Positions 60,029-64,000 of a stretch of 64,000 nucleotides of DNA are shown here, piece by piece. Origin of the DNA: Gemmatimonadota bacterium (GTDB lineage Bacteria; Gemmatimonadota; Gemmatimonadetes; Palauibacterales; KS3-K002); the NCBI GenBank assembly GCA_039586795.1, contig JBDHJS010000032.1:1-64000 (forward strand). Reading direction: 5' to 3'. Each line of letters begins with the position of its first letter. The stretch's first letter is position 1. The notes under the pieces were generated by a model. The model did no database searches. It had not been told where the DNA came from and worked only from the letters and a program-made list of their open reading frames with translations. A program made the position numbers and the translations under genes.

Positions 60029-61236
60029 AGCTCGTTCACGCCGCCGACCTACACCTCGGCTATCGCGCCTACCACCGGACGGATTCCCGGGGGATCAACA
60101 TCCGGGAGGCGGATGTGGCGAGGGCGTTCCGCGAGCTGCTGGAACGCACAACCAGCATCGCGCCTGACCTGTTCATCGTGGCGGGTGATGTCTTTCACAC
60201 GGTGCGCCCCTCGAACACCGCGATCGCCGACGCGTTTCGGCAACTCTCGCGGTTTTGCGCCGAGTCGGGTGGTACTCGGGTCATCATCATCGCGGGCAAC
60301 CACGATTCTCCCAAAGCCGTCGAGACCGGCAGTATCCTCCGACTGTTCGACGAGATCGATGGCGTCAACGTCGTCCACCAGGATGGTCGCCGGCTGGTCT
60401 TCTCGGATCTGGATGCGTCCGTCTTGTGCCTTCCGCATAGCGAACTGGCCGGGGCCGGTGATCTGGCTATCGAACCAGGCGACCAAACTTCGAAGAACAT
60501 TCTGGCTGCGCACGCCGAGATTGATGACGAGCGACTGAAGCTACTGACCGACTTTGGAGCAGCCAAGCTGGCACGCAACGCCATCGATCCGAAACAGTGG
60601 GGGTACGTTGGCCTCGGGCACTACCATGTGCGTACACAGTTGGCACCCAACATGTTTTACGCTGGGGCGATCGAAAGAACGAGCCTCGACATATGGGCGG
60701 AGGCCGATAACGCGAGAGTCGCAAAGCAAGACACCTGGAATAAGGCGGCATGGGGGAAGGGGTTCATCGAGTTTGACCTCGAATCCGGCAAGGCGGAGTT
60801 CCACAAGCTCGACTGCCCCAGGCCCGTCCTCGACCTGGAGCCCGTCCTCTACCTGGATCAGTCGCCAGCCGAGCTCGATAGCGCGATCGAATCGGCACTC
60901 GCGACGGTGCACGCTGGGATCGCCGGGAAGATTATCAGGCTGCGTGTATTCAATGTGCCTCGCGAGCTCTACCGCGAGCTCGACCACAAACGGATACGTG
61001 AGTACAGAACCGAAGCGCTCCATTTCCACCTCGATGCTCGGCCGCCGCAAGTCGAACGTCGCGCCGGGTCCGGGGCGCCGGGACGCCGCATGACACTAAA
61101 AGAGGAACTCGAGTCGTTTCTGAAGGACCGCTTCAATCTGGAGTCGGGTGGCGTCGACAGAGAGGCGCTGATCGACCTGGGTCTTCGTTATCTGCACGAG
61201 GCCGAGGAGAGGGAGTCCCTGGAGGGAAGGGAGTGA
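60025..61236 (+). CDS. sbcD: Mre11/SbcD nuclease
   Basis: DLHLG, AGDVF, GNHD and GHYH phosphoesterase motifs. Confidence 0.93.
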   Translation: MKLVHAADLHLGYRAYHRTDSRGINIREADVARAFRELLERTTSIAPDLFIVAGDVFHTVRPSNTAIADAFRQLSRFCAESGGTRVIIIAGNHDSPKAVETGSILRLFDEIDGVNVVHQDGRRLVFSDLDASVLCLPHSELAGAGDLAIEPGDQTSKNILAAHAEIDDERLKLLTDFGAAKLARNAIDPKQWGYVGLGHYHVRTQLAPNMFYAGAIERTSLDIWAEADNARVAKQDTWNKAAWGKGFIEFDLESGKAEFHKLDCPRPVLDLEPVLYLDQSPAELDSAIESALATVHAGIAGKIIRLRVFNVPRELYRELDHKRIREYRTEALHFHLDARPPQVERRAGSGAPGRRMTLKEELESFLKDRFNLESGGVDREALIDLGLRYLHEAEERESLEGRE

Positions 61237-61237
61237 C

Positions 61238-63688
61238 ATGAAGCTGCTTCGCCTCGGTTTGAAGCGCTTCCGGCAGCACGCCGACACTCAACTCGAGTTC
61301 CGGCCAGGGCTCACCGGCATCATAGGGCCAAACGGGGCCGGCAAGACAACGATCCTGGAGGCGATCGCCTGGGCGATCTACGGCGCGCCGGCGATCCGCG
61401 GCACAAAGGATACCCTCCGTTTCAATCGCGCTCCCGGTCGATCAACGGTGCGCGCCGAACTGGAGTTCGAACTGCGCGGCGAACGGTTCCGCGTGAGCCG
61501 AACGCCCCGCACCGCCGAGCTCTTCAAAGCGGAAACGGAAGACCCGATCGCCGCCGGAGTAATGGAGGTGACCCGGCAGCTGACCCGCCGTCTCGGTATG
61601 ACGCGCCGCGAGTTCTATAACACCTACTTCACGGGCCAGAAGCAATTGCAGTTCCTCGCGGCGATGAAGCCCGCGGAACGCGCTCGCTTCTTGTCACAGG
61701 TATTGGGTTACGAACGGTTGCGCATAGCACAGGATCTGGTCGGCGAACAGCGCAGAGTGCTGCGTGGCCAGGTCGAGGAACTGACACGCACGCTGGGCGA
61801 TCCGGAGAAGATCAAAGCGGAGTTAGAATCGACGGAGGAACGTCTCAAGGAGGCGAACGCGACGCTCGCCGGAGCAGAGAAGCAGCAAACCGAGGCCGCC
61901 ACACGCTTCGCTGAGCTCGAGCCAGTGTGGACGGACTTGCAGGCCAAGCGCGAACGGTACACGGAACTGCAGCAGCAGATCCTCGTGGCGGATACAAAAC
62001 TGGGACGTGTCGCGGAAGAGCAAAAGAAGGCGGAGGTCGAGCTTGCTACGCTCTCCGAGGCAGCTAGTGAACTGGACAAGTTGAGATCCGATGTAGCGCC
62101 ACTCAGCGGCTTAAGGGAAGAAGAGGAGCAACTCCGCGTGCTGGCCGATACTGATTCGCGTCGCCGTGCTCTGGCTGGCCAGCTAGAGGAGCAGCGCAAC
62201 CGCGTCGAAGCTATAGCCAAGAAGATCGGCGAGCAGGAGGAGAAGGGCCGCGGCCGAGACGAGCTAAAGGAGAAGCTCGCTCAACAGGAAGAAGAGTGTG
62301 AGCGGCTCGAAAAGAAGCGAGAGGAGGTGGCGTCGCACTGGCAGGGTGACAGACAGGAAGTGGCTGCCCAGCTTCGCATTCTGCTAGACCAGGCCAAGGA
62401 GCTTGAAGACAAGGTAGCGCAACTCGAGAAGGAGGGTCCTGACGGCGTTTGCCCGACGTGTCAGCGACCTCTGGGTGCGGAATACGAGAGCGTGCTCGGT
62501 CTGGTACGCGATGACTACGAGAACATCGTTCAGGATGGGAAGTGGTTCCGCAAACGGGAAAAACAACTCGAAGCCGAGCCGCAAGAGGTCATTGAGTCTC
62601 GCGAGATACTCGGCGTGGCGCGTGAGGAACAGGAACGGTTGATGGCCCAGCTCGCGGAGGCGGAATCGGCATCGTCGCAGGCAGCAAGCCTGAGATCGGA
62701 GCTGGAAGCCGAGGAGGTGCGGGCCCGGAAGCTGGCGGGTGAGATCGCTGTACTGGCGGAAGGCTACGACCCAGTCCGGCACAAGGACGTTCGTGAGTCC
62801 CTCGAACGGTTGAACGATCTGGAAAAACAGATAACACAGCTGGAAACGCGCCTTGAACGCGAGCTAGCGCTGAAGGCTGATCTGGCGGAAGCCCAGGAGG
62901 AGGAGCGGCAGATAAGAAGCCAGATTGCTGAGCTGGAGAAGTTCCTCGCCGACCTCGGCTTCTCGGAGGACGAGTACGCAGCCGCCGGTCTCAGATTCGA
63001 AGAGGCTCGCGTTGCGCTGGAGGCGACCCGGTTGAAAGTGGCGGAGGCCAAAACGGAACTCGAGGGCGCACGCGCCGCTGCGGAGTCAGCGCGTCAGACG
63101 GAGAAAGAATACAAACAGTTGAAGAGCACGATCGGCGAGCGCGAACGCGAGCTACGTTTGCACAACGGTCTCACGCGGGCGCTTGGCGAGCTCCGGCACG
63201 AGTTGAACGATCGTGTTCGTCCTGAGCTCTCGGAAGTCGCCAGCGTATTCCTGACAGAGCTGACCGACGGCCGCTACAACCGACTCGATATCTCGAAAGA
63301 CTACGATGTGGTAGTGCTCGATGACGGTGAGGAGAAGCCGGTGATATCGGGCGGCGAAGAGGACCTGGCTAACCTGGTCCTACGACTAGCGATCAGCCAG
63401 ATGATCGCCGATCGGGCGGGGCAGACCCTGTCATTGCTCATCTTCGATGAAGTCTTCGGCGGGCTCGACGACCAACGCCGTGACAGCGTCGTGCGTCTGT
63501 TGCAGCGACTTCAAGATCGATTCGAACAGGTTGTGCTGATCACACACATCGAATCGATACGGGACGGAATGGATCAGGTTGTCCGCGTGATGTACGATGA
63601 CTCTTCTGGCGCCAGCCTGATTCAGGACGAGAGTCCCGGTGCATCGTCCGAGGAGCCCCGACTCGAAGATCTGGTTCTGACGACCTGA
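61238..63688 (+). CDS. sbcC: Rad50/SbcC SMC-like ATPase
   Basis: GPNGAGKT, central CPTC zinc hook, ISGGE, IFDE..GLD and ITH motifs. Confidence 0.94.
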   Translation: MKLLRLGLKRFRQHADTQLEFRPGLTGIIGPNGAGKTTILEAIAWAIYGAPAIRGTKDTLRFNRAPGRSTVRAELEFELRGERFRVSRTPRTAELFKAETEDPIAAGVMEVTRQLTRRLGMTRREFYNTYFTGQKQLQFLAAMKPAERARFLSQVLGYERLRIAQDLVGEQRRVLRGQVEELTRTLGDPEKIKAELESTEERLKEANATLAGAEKQQTEAATRFAELEPVWTDLQAKRERYTELQQQILVADTKLGRVAEEQKKAEVELATLSEAASELDKLRSDVAPLSGLREEEEQLRVLADTDSRRRALAGQLEEQRNRVEAIAKKIGEQEEKGRGRDELKEKLAQQEEECERLEKKREEVASHWQGDRQEVAAQLRILLDQAKELEDKVAQLEKEGPDGVCPTCQRPLGAEYESVLGLVRDDYENIVQDGKWFRKREKQLEAEPQEVIESREILGVAREEQERLMAQLAEAESASSQAASLRSELEAEEVRARKLAGEIAVLAEGYDPVRHKDVRESLERLNDLEKQITQLETRLERELALKADLAEAQEEERQIRSQIAELEKFLADLGFSEDEYAAAGLRFEEARVALEATRLKVAEAKTELEGARAAAESARQTEKEYKQLKSTIGERERELRLHNGLTRALGELRHELNDRVRPELSEVASVFLTELTDGRYNRLDISKDYDVVVLDDGEEKPVISGGEEDLANLVLRLAISQMIADRAGQTLSLLIFDEVFGGLDDQRRDSVVRLLQRLQDRFEQVVLITHIESIRDGMDQVVRVMYDDSSGASLIQDESPGASSEEPRLEDLVLTT

Positions 63689-63697
63689 AGCCCTGCC

Positions 63698-64000
63698 CTA
63701 GTTCCCCCCTCCACCTTCGACGTTCGTGTCCGACGGCAGCTCTATGGGCTGCGTCTCCATGTCCGTCATCGGTATGGGCGGTACGGTGGTCTCCGCTCTT
63801 TCCGGTCGCATGTCCTCCGGCAGCGGACCGATCGCCACCTCCAAAAAATCGATGGCCCGGTTCACGGCCGAGTCGGATGCGGTCTGGTTTCCGACCACCA
63901 GATGGGCGTTCGCCAGCGCCATGTACGCCTGATAGTACTGCAGCGGGATACCGCTGGTCGTTGGGTCGGGCCAGTGCGACCAATCGGTGATGTCACGATA
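63698..64000 (-). CDS. C-terminal part of a gene entering from beyond the window
   Basis: Frame is open to the edge: YRDITDWSHWPDPTTSGIPLQYYQAYMALANAH...GGGGN*. Confidence 0.65.
   Translation of the reverse strand, partial: YRDITDWSHWPDPTTSGIPLQYYQAYMALANAHLVVGNQTASDSAVNRAIDFLEVAIGPLPEDMRPERAETTVPPIPMTDMETQPIELPSDTNVEGGGGN

Overview
GC-rich bacterial chromosomal region. Gene content and order suggest Gemmatimonadota; this is an inference, not a search result. About 50 CDS; I found no rRNA, tRNA, CRISPR array, transposase or prophage. Content is mainly peptide and amino-acid catabolism (S9, TAP-like, S41, S46 and M50 peptidases, tryptophanase, trans-sulfuration lyase, large NAD-GDH, FTCD, NSS transporter) plus housekeeping genes (nadE, glyQS, nth, carB, ogt). 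Notable blocks: (1) a phosphorelay and sigma54 activator next to a complete UAS-IHF-(-24/-12) promoter that drives a 66-aa zinc-ribbon microprotein, followed by an ATP-grasp ligase and a four-zinc-ribbon metallopeptidase. This is the best candidate for an undescribed carrier or peptide-tagging system. (2) herA-X-Y-sbcD(mre11)-sbcC(rad50) with no nurA and two paralogous secreted proteins embedded. (3) A crtY-crtI-crtB / crtZ carotenoid cluster beside an ABC exporter. (4) An Lrp/speE/speD polyamine locus with mirror-image heptamer arrays. (5) An unannotated 44-aa NSS small-subunit ORF after tnaA. Five apparent internal deletions (S9 peptidase, hydrolase twice, ftcD, carB) may be local assembly errors and should be checked against reads. 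All family calls come from motifs read by eye.
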